DNA of 64,000 bases from the human T2T-CHM13v2.0 reference genome, Homo sapiens. Position numbers and translations under genes: made by a program. Within the stretch, counting starts at the first letter, position 1. Each line of letters starts with the position of its first letter. The notes below the pieces were generated by a model, which searched no databases, had not been told where the DNA came from, and saw nothing but the letters and a program-made list of their open reading frames with translations. Below are positions 1 to 18,336 of the stretch, piece by piece. The stretch is taken from the NCBI RefSeq assembly GCF_009914755.1, contig NC_060925.1; one strand, 5' to 3'.

Positions 1-576
1 ATATATCTGGAAGCCTTTTATTTCTGTCAGTGGTTTATTGATTATGCAATAAAAGGACCGCTGGGAAGAGAAAACTCATAACAAAGGCCCTAGTGGGCCC
101 TGAAGCCACCAGCCCACGACTATCTCTGGGTGAAGAGCTGGAGTTTCGTCCTCCGAGACAGCTGTGGTTTCTGCTTTGCTCTGTGATCCTAGGCCCTCCA
201 GGAGATCTCTCTGGAACTGATTCTTCAATTTCTAAGAGAACAACAAGAGTATTTAAGGGGATTAAAAACCACAGCAATATCTATGAACACTTTAAAACCC
301 CACTCTGTGCAGGCCTGGTTTAACCCTGGCGATGTAATCATCAATCATTCCTATCCTTGACCTTCCCCTGCACTCACTCAATGAGCAGCTCCCAAAAGTT
401 GGGTCTCCACTGTGCACCTGGGGTCCACACACTTCTCCCCACCAGCTTGGCCCACCACTTCATCGAGCCTCTGGATGACTGCTTCGTCTCCTAACTGGTC
501 TTCCTTTTGTTATTTTTGTCCCCTTCCAATCTGTTCCTACGATACAGCCAATTTGATCTTTTAAAAAATCAGATCA

Positions 577-878
<302 letters not shown>

Positions 879-884
879 TCAGAT

Positions 885-1648
<764 letters not shown>

Positions 1649-4600
1649 TAAAAATCAGATTATGTCATTTTCCTGTTTAAAACCTTCCAACGGCTTCCTA
1701 TTGCACTTTGAACAACATAATAAAACTCCTTCCTCTGGCTCATGAAGTCCCCATGATGTGGCCCCTGCCTTGCTGTCTCCCTTCCCCAACTAACACTCCA
1801 CAATGGGCTTCTTTCTGTTTCTCAAATATGCCCAGTTTTTTCTCACCCCAGGGTCTTTGCACTTGCTGTTCCCTCTATCTCGATGCTCTTCCCTCTGATT
1901 TTCAGATGGCTGGTTCCCTGTTATCACTGAGGTCCTAGCTAAACATCCCTTCCTTGGAGGGGCCATCCTGACCACCCAATAAGAGCAGCCACCCAGTCAC
2001 TCAATGCCATGCAACCCTGGATTCTACTGGAAGTAGTTGCCATGGGAACAGGGGTCTTTTCTACCTTCTTCCTTGCTGTATCCCCAGCTCCTAGAACAGA
2101 GTCTGACCTGCAAAGGTCCTCCAGAGATACTGGTTGAGTGAATGTGAGTGAATGAATGAAAGAATCTTCTGAAACTCATTCAGGGCCAGGCCTATGCTGG
2201 ATCCCAGATAAGGCATGGTTTGTGACCTCTGGGATCTCACAATTTAATACACAGAAGTTTACATTGGACCTCCCGAACAAAGTAGCAGAGTGGTTAAGAG
2301 CACAGGCCATGGAGCCAGACTTTGTGGGTTCAAATCCTGGCTCTGGTTGGGCTCAGTGGCTCACGGCTATAATCCCAGCTCTTTGGGAGGCTGAGTTGGG
2401 AGGATTGCTTGAGCCTAGGAATTTGAGACCAGCCTGGGCAACATAGTGAGACCCCCATCTCTACAAAAAATTAAAAAATTAGCCAGACATGGTGGCATGC
2501 GCCTGTGGTCCCAGCTACTCAGGAGGCTGAAATGGGAGGATCACTTGAGCCCAGGAAGTCGAGGCTGCAGTGAGCCAAGATGGCACCACTGCACTCCAGC
2601 CTGGGTGACAGAGCAAGACCCTGTCTCAAAACAACAACAACAACAAAAGACAACTAGCTCTGGTCTGTAACAGCTGTGTGTGTAAAACACCCAGGAAAGT
2701 TTCTAGAGCATATTACATGATCAAGAAATGTGAGTCATCATTGATGTCATGCAGGCCATATAAAGATACATGAGGCTGCACAACTCCAACACCAGAGTTC
2801 AGGGAATTTGGGAAATCCCTTTATTTATTCATTTGTTTCTGGATCACTCATTGCAAGCCTTTGGAAATGAGCATGAGAAGGGGCAGGTTATTTTAGGGAA
2901 AATTAAATTTTTTAAATGGAGAAACTAATATTGACTGTACTAAGAGGCTTGATATTCAAGATGTCATTTTATCCTCCCAACAAATATTTGGGGTAAATAC
3001 TGTAGGGCTATTTCACAGATGAGAAAACTGAGACTTAGGGAGGTGAGATGATTTGCCCCATGTGACCCAGCTAGGAGGTAGCAGAACCAAGAATGACCCC
3101 AGGGCACAGCGAGGTCATAACATGCCCCCTTCTCTCTCACCATCCCTGCTCCAGCAGGCATGGGCTCCAGTCCCGAGCCCGGGCTTACATGGGTGGCAGT
3201 GACACTGGGTGGTCAGGAGCTGGGATGTTAGTGTAGACGGACCTGATTTCAAGTCTTACCCAGGGCAAGACTTTGGGCAAGGTTCCATACTGGAAAACTG
3301 GGTAGCTGGGCACAATGGCTCATACCTGTAATTCCAGCTACTTGGGAGGCTGGAGAGCAGGATGGCTTGAGGCCAGGAGTTTGAGACGCGCCTGGACAAG
3401 ATAGCGAGGCCCCTCGTCTCTAAAATAAACAAACATATCAGAAAAATGGGGTTCATAACAATATCTGCTTCATAAGATGGACCTCTGTGAGCACAGCTCT
3501 CAGGACAGCACTTGGCAAAGGGTGGGGAGTTGGTAAATACTCATTGAACAGAGGCACCATGGAGTTGTTGTGAGAGGTGAGATGAGATGAGGCTGATCTG
3601 TCAGATACATGACAACCAGTTCCCAAAATTTCTGAAAGAAGGACCAGAGCCAGGATTCCACAACATGGCACCTGTGTGAACAGGAGTTCTGAAGAGGGCA
3701 TTCAGAGCCGGGAGGAACAAAAGGGATCATGTTGTTGACACATGAGGTAATCACCTGGCAGGTTGGTGGCAGAGCTGGCTGGAACCATGGCCATCCGTCA
3801 GTTCTCAGGCAGTGCATTGCAGGGGAGAGAACCAAAGAAAGTGTTCTTCAAGGCCAAGGTCCCTTCTGCCAGCCCATGGGGCCTCCGATTCTGTTCTCAT
3901 GGGGAGTTGGGGTGAGGATGCCTGTGTCATCCATGGGTGAATTCTCCAGCCTCTCTGGGGAGCTCTACATGCCCGGCTCCCTCAGGCCCCAGCTAGTTCC
4001 AGGGTTTAGGTCCTGGAGAGGGCCACAGTGCTCAGGGTCTCAGAAGCCAGCTCTTCTTCCCACACCCAGAGCTCCTTCCCCAGCCGGGCCCACACTTTTG
4101 CTCCCTGGCTGACCTAGATTCAGGAGCTGGCTCATTTCCACAAGTAGACAGATGCTGAGGCACAGTGAATTAACACACATATTTCAATAAGTGGTGGGCA
4201 GGTGGCCCCACAGCCTCTCAGAGCCTCAGTTTTCTCAAATTTTTTTTTGTTTTTTTTGAGACGGAGTCTCGGTCTGTTGCTGAGGCTGGAGTGTAGTGAC
4301 GCAATCTCAGCTCACTGCAGCTTCCACCTCCCAGGTTCACTTCTCCGGCCTCAGCCTCCTGAGTAGCTGGGATTACAGGTCCCCACCACCACACCCGGCT
4401 AATTTTTGTAATTTTAGTAGAGGTGGGGTTTCACCATGTTGGCCAGGCTGGTCTCGAACTCCTGAGCTCCTGTGATCTGCCCACCTCGGCCTCCCAAAGT
4501 GTTGGGATTACAGGCATGAGCCATCACACCTGGCCAGTTTTCTCAACTTTTAAAGTAGGGACAATAGCATTTACCCTTGCAGAGTTGTGAAGATTAAATG

Positions 4601-4658
4601 CACTTATATACTTGAAGTGCTAGCACAGTGGCTGAACAGAGTAAGTCAACAATACACA

Positions 4659-5080
4659 TGTATTATGCATTCTTGCATTGCTATAAAGAAGTACCCGAGA
4701 CCGGGTAATTTACAAAGAAAAGAGGTTTAATTGGCTCACAGTTCTGTAAGTTGTACAGTAAGCATGATGCTGGCATTTGCTCGGCTTCTGGGGAGGCCTC
4801 AGGAAACTTACAATTATGGCGGAAGGCAAAGGGGGAGCAGGCATGTCACATGACCGAAGCAGGAGGAAGAGGTCAGGGGGAGATGCCACACACTTTAAAA
4901 TGACCAGACCTCGGGAGAATTCACTCACTATTGAGAGGACAGCACCAAGGGAATGGTGCTAAACCATTCATGAGAAACCTACCCCCATGATCTAATCACC
5001 TCCCACCAGGCTCCACTTCCAAAACTGGGGATTACATTGAATGTGAGATTTGGGTGGGGACACAGATCCAAACTATATCA
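4659..5080 (-). mobile_element. MaLR solo LTR (MSTA-like)
   Basis: TG...CA termini; characteristic aaagaaaagaggtttaattggctcacagttc and ggggaggcctcaggaaacttacaat blocks; 5-bp TSD acaca/acacg. Confidence 0.85.
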
Positions 5081-6119
5081 ACACGTTAATCTCTTTCCTT
5101 CCTCACATCTATCCCCACACTGACTTTGGAGGCAGCTTGCTAGCTCTCAGCCGGGCTTACGTCACCACCCTGCTTAAAAAATCTTTTATTCTTCCAGTGC
5201 TCTCTAAGCTAATGTGAATATTCCCTGGCTTGGCATCCCAGACCCTCCTCACCCGCCCCAAGCTGTTTGACCCGCCAGCTTTTTTGCCACCCTTTTCTAA
5301 CTAATGTGCTGTCAAGTTAATAAGCCTTTCTTGGAAATGTCACTCATATACCCCTGCCTTGTAGACCCAATGCACATTAACATATTAAGGGTTCTGAGGA
5401 ACATTGCAGGAAAGACATTTGTTTAACCTTGTTCAGTGCAGAATTTCCCAAGTGAGTTTGACTGTAGAATCCCATTAATATCCCACAGGACATGCGTTTG
5501 TTTCCTGAACACCCTTTGCAATTTCCTGCCTGCATGCTCTGCACAGGTGGGTCTTTCTTTCCACAAAGCCCTTCCTCCCCAACGCCTGTTTACTCATCAC
5601 AGGAGGCCCAGACTGGCCGACCCCTCCTCCAGTTGGTAGAGCTGACTCCCTCCCCTGGGCTCCCTCAGTCTGTGTCCTCTGCCCCACCCTTGCTCTTCCA
5701 GTCCTCCCAGTGAGCATTCCTGCAGGGCTGCCAGCCCTCACTCTCGCCTCCCCAGCATCTGGCCTCCCTTGCTCCCCTGCCCCCACCCGAGATCCATTTG
5801 AGTCCTATCTATCTGTTCCCAGGGGACCACCAAAAAACATTTCCTCTAAGAACCTTTTCTGTATTCCTTAGTCAGGTAAAAAATAAACAATAAATAAAAA
5901 TCTGTTTTCCTCGTGATTTTAGTTAAAGGTCGCTAAGGGTAAGGTCCATATTTTTGGTTTCTCCACAGTGCTTTGCACTTAGTAAGTTCTCAGTAAATGC
6001 ATGCTTAGACATACATTCCACCATATTTATTGAACACCTATCATGTGTCCTGTGCTGGATGTTGGGGGCATAATGGGAAACACAACAAACCTGGAAGGCA
6101 ATAAGGGAAGTAGGAAAAG

Positions 6120-6350
6120 CTAGGATTCTGGGAGACACAGCTTGCTTCTGAATCCTGGTTCCACTACTTACCAGCTATGCATCCCTGAACAAGTTACTTG
6201 ACCTCTTTGTGCTTCAGTCTCCTCACTCATGAAACAGGGAAAGAAAAAGTATTTGTCTTGAAGGGTTACTGTGAGGATTCAGTAAGATGATACATAAAAA
6301 GTGCTTAGAACAGACCCAAACACATAGGAAGAGCTATAGATGTGTTCAGC
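6120..6350. mobile_element. MIR SINE
   Basis: MIR core gaatcctggttccactacttaccagct...aagttacttgacctct...cagtctcctcac; other MIRs at ~2930-3120, 24370-24540, 38175-38390, 59140-59340 and 60090-60300. Confidence 0.7.
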
Positions 6351-6419
6351 GATTGTTATTGTAATAGACAGCTTTGCCTCACAGAGTTTAGTTTAATAGG
6401 AAAGACAGACGTTGAATGA

Positions 6420-7500
<1,081 letters not shown>

Positions 7501-7672
7501 GGGTTACTCGTTTAAGGGGGGGTAAGAATAATACAGAAAGTTAAATCATGCTATATTAAGAATATAAAAGTAGGCAAAGTAACTATAGGTTGAACAGAGA
7601 CTTTGGGTTGAGAGAGAAATAACTTGTATAATCTATCAAAAAAGTCTGAGTCTGTCCCTTTTTAATTTATAT

Positions 7673-7703
<31 letters not shown>

Positions 7704-8229
7704 GAGACAAGGTCTCGCTATGTTGCCCAATCTGTTCTCAAACTCCTGGGCTCAAATGATCCTCCCACCTTCACGTCCCAAAGTGCTGGGATCACCACTC
7801 CAGGACACATTTTTTTTTTTTAATGGAAAAGATGTCACAAATGGAGACCCAGTTTAGTACAAAGGAGATGGGGGTGGGGCGTTTTGGTAGGGTTCAGGGC
7901 ACTGTGGATTCTCAGCAGTCACTGACTCTTACCAGTCCTGGAAGTGCGTCAAGCAGCTGGACAGAAATCACAGTGTGGACACTGGTTGGCACTTAGGGAA
8001 CTCATTCATTCGTTGACTTTACAAATATCTATTTATCTGTCAATGTTCTAGGGCTCAAGGAGCTAATTCCTTAGCTTCTAACTGGAGGAGACAGACAACA
8101 AACACGTGAGTGCGTAATTTAACATCAGATCAACTGCTGTAAAGGAAAAGAAAGTCAAATCAAGGGTTAAAAAGTGCTGGGAAGAGCTCCATGATTTGAG
8201 TGGTCAAGGCCTCTCTGAAGGACAGACAT

Positions 8230-10301
8230 CTGATTTCCAATAAAACAATTAAGAAATTACATATTTCCTTTTGTTACCTTTAAATTTATATATTAAATAG
8301 CTGACAAAAAATATTTAAAGCTTAATAGAGCATAAAATAAAGGCCATAAAAATGAACAATGAAACCAGTAGAAATCAACAGAAAATCGATGGAAGAAAAT
8401 GGTAACAAAAGAATTTCAGATCATTCCAAAAGCAGTAACTCAGTAAGAGGAAAAGATAAATTTGCAAAGCAGGTATAAATAGCCTTCTGGAGTCTTTGGT
8501 AATCCAATTACTAAAAAGGAATAGGTGGGTACAGTTGTTCATGCCTGTAAGCTTAGCACTTTGGGAGGCCAAGGTGAGAGGATTGCTTGAGCCCAAGGGT
8601 TCGAGACCAGCCTGTGCAACATAGCAAGGACCCCCAAATCTATTTTATTTTATTTTTAAATAAAATTTTTTTCTAGCCCATAAGATATGGCAGAAAGACC
8701 CCATAGCAAAAAAAAAAAAAAAAAAAAAAAAAAATTAGCCAGGCATGGTGGCATGCAGTGCAGTCCCAGTTAGCTACTCTGGGGGCTGAGGCAGAAGGAT
8801 CACTTGAGCCCAGGAGTTAGAGGTTACAGTGAGCTATGATGGTACCACTGCACTCCAGCCTGGGTGGCAAAGTGAGACCCTGTCTAAAAATAATAACAAT
8901 AGGCTGGGCACGGTGGCTCACACCTGTAATCCCAGCACTTTGGGAGGCCGAGGCTGGCAGATCACCTGAGATCGGGAGTTGGAGACCAGCCTGACCAACA
9001 TGGAGAAACCCCATCTCTACTAAAAATACAAAATTAGCTGAGCGTGGCGGCTCATGCCTGTAATCCCAGCTACTCAGGAGGCTGAGGCAGGAGAATTGCT
9101 TGAATGTGGGAGTGGAGGTTGCAGTGAGCCGAGATCGGGCCATTGCACTCCAGCCTGGACAAGGAGAGTGAAACTGTGTCTCAAAATAATAATAATGAAT
9201 AATAAAAAGGAGTAGATCATGGACACAGTGGAAAAAATATTTACTTTTGCTGAGTTGACACACATTACTGAACTAAGAAAGCATGAAACTTACAATGTAC
9301 CACTACAAAAGAACATTGATGACAAATGGATAATGAGAATCAATTAAAAGAAGATTTACAATTAATTGTACAAGAAAATTGAAAATGTCCTGAAAGAAAC
9401 TTGATGGAGGTTTTCACAACTTTGGCAACAATCTTAATAATTGAAACAACATGACCTAAAGTCAGTTATGATGCTAGACGAAACTTTACTAAATTACCAA
9501 TTAAAAAGTATTTTTCAATAAACCATTTCAGAAGAAAGAGAGAATCCTCTCTCCCTCCTCTCTGTAGAAACACAAAATTACAAAAAAAAAAAAAAATTTA
9601 AGTTGTTATATTGGAGAGGCAACCAAAGAAAATGTAGCCAACATATAGGATATTATAGAGGTATGTCAGATGGCAATTAATGAAAATTTATGTATTTTTC
9701 TGGATTCTGTGACTTTTGAGCTATTTGTCAGCTGCTAAAATCTTATCTGTTGTGATTTATTTTCTCATTACAAATAAACCTTCATGTTTATACCTGCATT
9801 TGTTAGCTACTGGTAGAGTACTGCTGTGTAACATATGGTCCCCAAACTCAGCGGCTTACAAGTATTTATTGGCATAGATCTGCAGATCAGCTGGGATGCT
9901 TTAGGCCACAGCAGCTGTGAGCTAGGTTATCTAAGCTGGGTCAGCTGGATGGCTTTGCTCCCTGTATCCCTCATCTTCCTCCTGGGACCACTGTGCTAAC
10001 CAGTGAATGCCCTCATGTTGAAGACAAGGTACAAAGAAGAAAGACCCAGACTCAGAAGTAACATGCTGTCACTTCCACTCAATCCCATTGGCCAATGCAA
10101 GTTACATGGCCAAGGCCAGAGTCAAGAAGAGTAGAAATACACTCTGACACTTTAGTGGCCCAAACTGCAAAGTCATATGGCAAAGATGTAGACCCAAGGA
10201 GGGGGGAAGTATTGGGTCCAGTAATGCAATCTCCTGTAGTACCTAATTTTGTACTTAGAATTTTGCAGTCTTTTTCATAAAGAGCCCTCCTCACCATACA
10301 A

Positions 10302-10332
<31 letters not shown>

Positions 10333-10388
10333 GACACACACACACTTATATAAACCTCAGGCTTTCACAAAACCTGGATCTGTCCCTG
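8230..10388 (+). mobile_element. hAT-Tip100 (Zaphod-like) DNA transposon relic interrupted by Alus and an MLT1-like LTR (~9800-10237)
   Basis: AT-rich decayed body ending ...cacaaaacctggatctgtccctg, resembling the Tip100-type terminal inverted repeat. Family call from recall. Confidence 0.5.
10303..10345 (+). repeat. Interrupted (CA)n microsatellite
   Basis: Directly visible in the sequence. Confidence 0.95.
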
Positions 10389-11023
10389 CTGGCTATACTC
10401 TTTAGGGTGCCTGCTTTAATAACAAACACTGCAAATAAGAGCTTCATGAGTAATTTTTTCTGAGCTCGCAAGTTTATTATGAAAACTCTGCAGTGCTCTT
10501 GTGCAATAAAACATCACTTTACAGGAAGGGGCAAAAACAGCTCTGTTCAAAACCACTCACTAGGTTCTGACAATAACGAAGAATGGCATGTGGCTCAGAT
10601 TTGAGAAGGCGACAAACTGAGTGGAGGCAAGTCTTATAATTAAATTAAATGGTATCCCTGAAAATAAACAGAACGATTTCAAAACCCTTAAGTAGAGGGG
10701 AGGGCTTGGCATTTATTTTTTTTAATTTCATTAAGTTCCAGTGATCCAGTGATTGTTTTCTGCTACCCCTATGTACAGTCATGCTGAGTAAAGCTATAGC
10801 TAGATGGAGGTTAAATTGTATTCACAAAGTGAATTTACATCTTATTATCTGCGGTCTCTCAAAGAAAGCAAAAGTAACTGCAAACACCATGTTGCTCCAG
10901 CATACAATGAACTGGTTTATTCTAAAGTGATCACGGCTTGGTGACAAAAAGCTTTGTATTTTTATATGGCACAGCTTTTAGTCCATGTGAAAACAAATTT
11001 TTTGAATGTTAACTATTTTCTGA

Positions 11024-11571
<548 letters not shown>

Positions 11572-11953
11572 TGATTGCAGTGTGATTACCACAATGATAG
11601 CAATAGTTTGGAGTACTGAAGATGGCTACTACATTCCAGTCATGACACCAGTTATGTCCCACCATCACCAGCTGGTGAGCTCTAGACACCAACCTGAGGC
11701 CACTGGCATGATTAAATGTCTCAGGAGTATCTTGCCCAAAGGTGTAACCATCTCCTCAAAGAGATATACCCCAGCCACCATGGTCATCTGGATCTGAGTA
11801 TAGCAAGTCACCCATTGGACCCTCATGGGGAATTTTCTGTAGGCAATTCAGTGTTCTGATGTGATGCAGTGTATCTACAGATGGCGACAGGCCACCATGG
11901 AGACAGAAGAGCTGCCCATCCCCCAAGGCAGTGAGAGGAAGATGGCCTGTAAA

Positions 11954-12240
11954 GGCCGGGCATGGCGGCTCATGCCTGTAATCCCAGCGCTTTGGGAGAC
12001 CAAAGCAGGTGGATCACTTATGCCCAGGAGTTCAAGACCAGCCTAAGCAACATGGTGAAAAACTCATCTCTACAAAAAAATACAAAAAATTAGCCGGGCA
12101 TGATGGTGCACGCCTGTAGTCCCAGCTACCTGGGAGGCTGAAGTAGGAGGCTCACTTGGGCCAGGGAGATTGAAGCTGCAGTGAGCCATCTTTGTGCCCT
12201 TGGACTCCAATCTGGGTGGCCCAGTCTTTGAAAAAAAAAA
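11954..12240 (+). mobile_element. Alu (AluJ-like) in the PPP2CA pseudogene CDS
   Basis: ggccgggcatggcggctcatgcctgtaatccc...poly(A). Confidence 0.9.
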
Positions 12241-12468
12241 TCTGGAAAATATTTCTAAACATTTGCATTTCCATGTTTTCTTAAACACTCTTCATAGGAA
12301 TGATAAACTTGTGTGATCTGCCTGCTCTCATGATTCCTTGGAAGAATGGTGACGCATTCATGGTAAGAAACCTTAACAGCTAGGAGCAGCATAACTATTT
12401 CAATTGAATAATATCCTCTGTCAATATAATCTCCTGTAAACAAGTAATTTGTATCTGGTAATTTTCTA

Positions 12469-12909
<441 letters not shown>

Positions 12910-13519
12910 ATCTGGTAATTTTCTAAACAGTTCCATGAGAACATGAAATTGCCCATGCTTATCTCCAGAGACAGTGACTGGACACCAAACCTCTTGTGCA
13001 TTGGATTCTTCTGTCAGGATTTCTTTAGCCTCCTTGCAGAGGCTCTTGACCTGGGACTTGGATAGCTACTTTCTCTGGTTCAGCTGCTTGATCCACTGGT
13101 CCAGCTCCTTGGAGAACACCTCATCCATGATGCCACCTGCCCGAGCTGGCTGCTGCACACGGGCCACATGCATCTGTGGCCACTGACAGTTGCTTGGTGC
13201 TGCTGCTGGCCCACAGACTCTCCACAGTGCTCGGCCAACAACTACTGTGTCTCTTCCCTACTCACTCTGGCTCCAGAGCTTGGTTCTCTGAAATCGTGAG
13301 TATTTCGAAATACTTGAAACAACAAAGTTCAATTGAGTTCAAAGTCCACTTACATCATTGCAAGCAATTTCATTCATTCATGCCAGAAAAGCAAGTACTG
13401 TTAGAGTCTTCCATTAAAATTTCAATTTCATTTTAAAATTTTGCGCAGGAATTTTGTGTAGCTGTTTCAGACAAAAAATCTAAAAATTGATGTGCACAGA
13501 AGGAAGCTCAGATCTCTAA

Positions 13520-14620
<1,101 letters not shown>

Positions 14621-14689
14621 GTAACATCTCACCCCAAACCAAAGCTAGTACCTTGACTTTTTAGGTACAAATAACCATACGTGCATCCC

Positions 14690-15302
14690 CTGCAGCATGG
14701 ATCCGGGACATTTTGCTTTTGTGGGCCTCTTCCTAAACACACATATACACGTGCACAAAAATATATATGTATACCAGACGTGTACAAAAATATATATGTA
14801 TACGTATATTTTATGATTGCATTGGTAATAAAGAATATGTTGTTATATAGTAAAACATTTTCTTTGAACTAAAAAGTTCATTAGTTTCTTCTGATTAAAA
14901 AGATAATAATGGCCGGGTGCGGTGGCTCACTTCTGTAATCCCAGCACTTTGGGAGGCTGAGGCTGGTGGATCATGAGCTCAGGAGTTCGAGACCAGCCTG
15001 GGCAACATAGCGAGGCCCCCGTCTTTACAAAAAATACAAAAATTAAAAATTGGTCAGGCATGGTGGCGCGTGCCTGTAGTTCCAGCTACTCGGGAGGCTG
15101 AGGCACGAGAATCGCTTGAACCAGGAGGCAGAGGTTGCAGTGAGCTAAGATAGCACAACGGCACTCCAGCCTGGGCGACAGAGTGAGACTCTGTCTCAAA
15201 AAACAAAACAAAACAAAACAAAAAACACATTTTCATGGACCTCTAAAAGTATTTTGGGCCCTAGGCATGGTGCCTATGGTGCTTCATGGATGAGTCAGCC
15301 TT
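14690..15302 (-). mobile_element. MER96B-like hAT relic split by an Alu (14911-15225)
   Basis: acattttcatggacctctaaaagtattttgggccctaggcatggtgcctat end motif. Confidence 0.45.
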
Positions 15303-15406
15303 CCTTCCCTGGCACCAGGTCCCCATCAGCCTGGGTCCTGTCTGCTCACCATTCTCGTTTTCCTTGTTATAATTTCTTGCAATAATATGTATTCCTTAAG
15401 AGTACA

Positions 15407-15922
15407 TTTTTGGTTATAGCACAACTTATATGTTTCAAATGGACCAAAATTAGTATCATTTACAGTATCTTAAGATAAATTTCCTTTGAGTGAGCTTCTT
15501 TTCCTGTACTTTGAGGTCTACGAGATGTATCTAGAAAATTTACTACTGTGGAAAATGAAGTCGTTTAAAGCAAACTCCAGGGGGAAGGAAAAGGGCCTGT
15601 GGTTTTCCTTTTGGATAATTGCTGTAATGCTGTCCTTCAGGCAGCTGAGGGAGTTTCATGTTTTCACTAGACATCTTTAGGCGCTGAAGCTCTTGCAGGA
15701 CAACTTTGATGTTATATGGATTCTGCCATTTTGCTAGCACTAATAAGGTTCTTGGTCCACCACTCCATTAGAACTACTAACTCCATTCTTATTAATTTTT
15801 GTTACAAATCTTACAAACGGAGGTGCTGTGGAGTATTTAGGTCCATATTCTATTTTTGTAGCTGCATATTCTGTTTTCATAAATTGGCTACCATCTTGTG
15901 TTGCTGTTGCTCAAAGGCTCAA
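15407..15922 (-). pseudogene. UBE2V1P8: Processed pseudogene of ubiquitin-conjugating enzyme variant UBE2V1
   Basis: Minus strand encodes IYENRI..., FVRFVTKIN..., [40 protein letters not shown], followed by UBE2V1-like 3' UTR; frameshifted and intronless; probable TSD aagagtac(a)tttt at ~15398 and ~15923. The P8 symbol is from memory of this locus. Confidence 0.88.
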
Positions 15923-15942
15923 AAGAGTACTTTTAATGTTAG

Positions 15943-16185
<243 letters not shown>

Positions 16186-17054
16186 TGATCTCGAGCTCCT
16201 GACCTTGTGATCCGCCCACCTCAGCCTCCCAAAGTGCTGGGATTACAGGCGTGAGCCACTGTGCCCAGCCTATAATCTTTTGAGATCTACTTTTCTCACT
16301 TACTATTAGATTGGCAAGATTAATTCATATCTGAGGCATGTCCCTGCAGTTCATTCATCTTGATTGCTGTCTATTGTGTACCATACATGAGCATACCAAG
16401 GTCTATTCATCACTGTCCTATCCCATTTAGCATAGGGTGTGTTTTCATCCTTTCCTACAGGAAAAAAACAACCCCAGTACTTCAATGGCTTGTTGTAGCA
16501 AACATTTATTTCTAGTTCTCATTCTGTGAGGCCAAGAGTCAGCTGCAGCTCTCCTAGGAAAGGGTCTTTTTCCAACGAAGAGGCCTAGCAAGGTGAAGAG
16601 GGAATTAATAATTATGAGCAAATGCAACTGATCCCAGATGGTTTCCAGTTTTACTGAATGGACAGTGCAGCTAGGGTAAAACTGCTGGGTTATAAGCTAT
16701 AAGAATGTTTGGTTTTAGAAGATTATGCCAGACCTTTCCATAATGGTGTCACCAATTTAAATTTCCACCAGCAATATGCAAGAGATCCTGGAGCTCTACA
16801 TCCTTCCAACACTCCATATTATGAAACTTTAAACTGTTGAAAATTGAAGGGATGTAAAATGGTATTTCACCGAGCCTTGGTTTGTGTTTTCCTGATCACT
16901 AACAACGTTCGACATCTCTTTAAACTTACTGGCTATATGTGTTTCTTCTTCTCTTAAATGCCTGCTTGGCCAGCCATGGTGGCTCACGCCTGTAATCCCA
17001 GCACTTTGGGAGGCTGAGGGGGGTGGATCACCTGAGGTCGTGAGCTCGAGATCA

Positions 17055-17347
<293 letters not shown>

Positions 17348-18186
17348 TTAAGGGGCTTGCTCTATCCCCTAGACTAGAGTGCAGTGGTATGATCATGGCT
17401 CACTGTAGCCTCGACCTCCCTGGGCTCAGGAGATCCTCCCACCTCAGCCTCCTGAGTAGCTGGGACCACAGGCAGTCCACCTATATTTTCTACTAATAGT
17501 TTTAAAGTTTTATTTTTTTAAATTTAAGTCCTTAAAACATCTAGTGCGGATCTTTGTTTATGTTGTGAAGTAATTTTTCCAGCTCTGTTTATTGGCCCAT
17601 CCTCCCTTTCTTCGCTGTGATATGCCACTCCTGCCGCATATATATACCATATATATGTGGATCTGATTCTGGTCTCTCTACTCCTTCTCAGGGGTCAATG
17701 TGTCTGTCCCTATGTGGATACCGTACTGTCTTAATGGCTGTAGCTTCATCGTGGGTCCTGATTCCTGGCAGGGGTGATGAACCCTGCCCCACTCCACCCC
17801 CGCTACTCTGCCCAGTAACAGGGAGAAGCACCCTCTGCTGGCTCTGCTCCTTCCAAATAAGTGGCCTCAGGCATACTGTCTATTTCCCTTTTGAATCTTG
17901 GTATTCTTGTGCGTAAACCAGGGAGTAATGATTCTACCTCATAAGAATGTTCTGAGCATCCAATAAGACTGTACATAAATAAAGCTTCTGGCACAGCGCC
18001 TATTTGTTGGGCCTGAATGTTTGTGAAATGGGGTCCAGAGACGTTCAATGACGTGCTCAAGGTCACAGGACCAGACCCATAATATGCTGTCTTCTCACTG
18101 CTGAGCTTCAAAGACCATTTCCAGACAAGTTAGCCTTCTCAAGAGTCTTTCTTCCATTTTCTTCCCTTCCAGGAAAAAACAAAGGT

Positions 18187-18229
<43 letters not shown>

Positions 18230-18336
18230 GAAGGAAGGAAGGAAGAAAGCAAGCAAGCAAAGCAAAGCAAAGCAAAGCAAAGCAAAGCAAAGCAAAGCAA
18301 AGCAAAGCAAAGCAAAGCAAAGCAAAGAAAGAAAAG
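18187..18336 (+). repeat. Compound microsatellite (AAAG)n(AAGG)n(AAGC)n(AAAGC)13
   Basis: Directly visible in the sequence. Confidence 0.95.
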
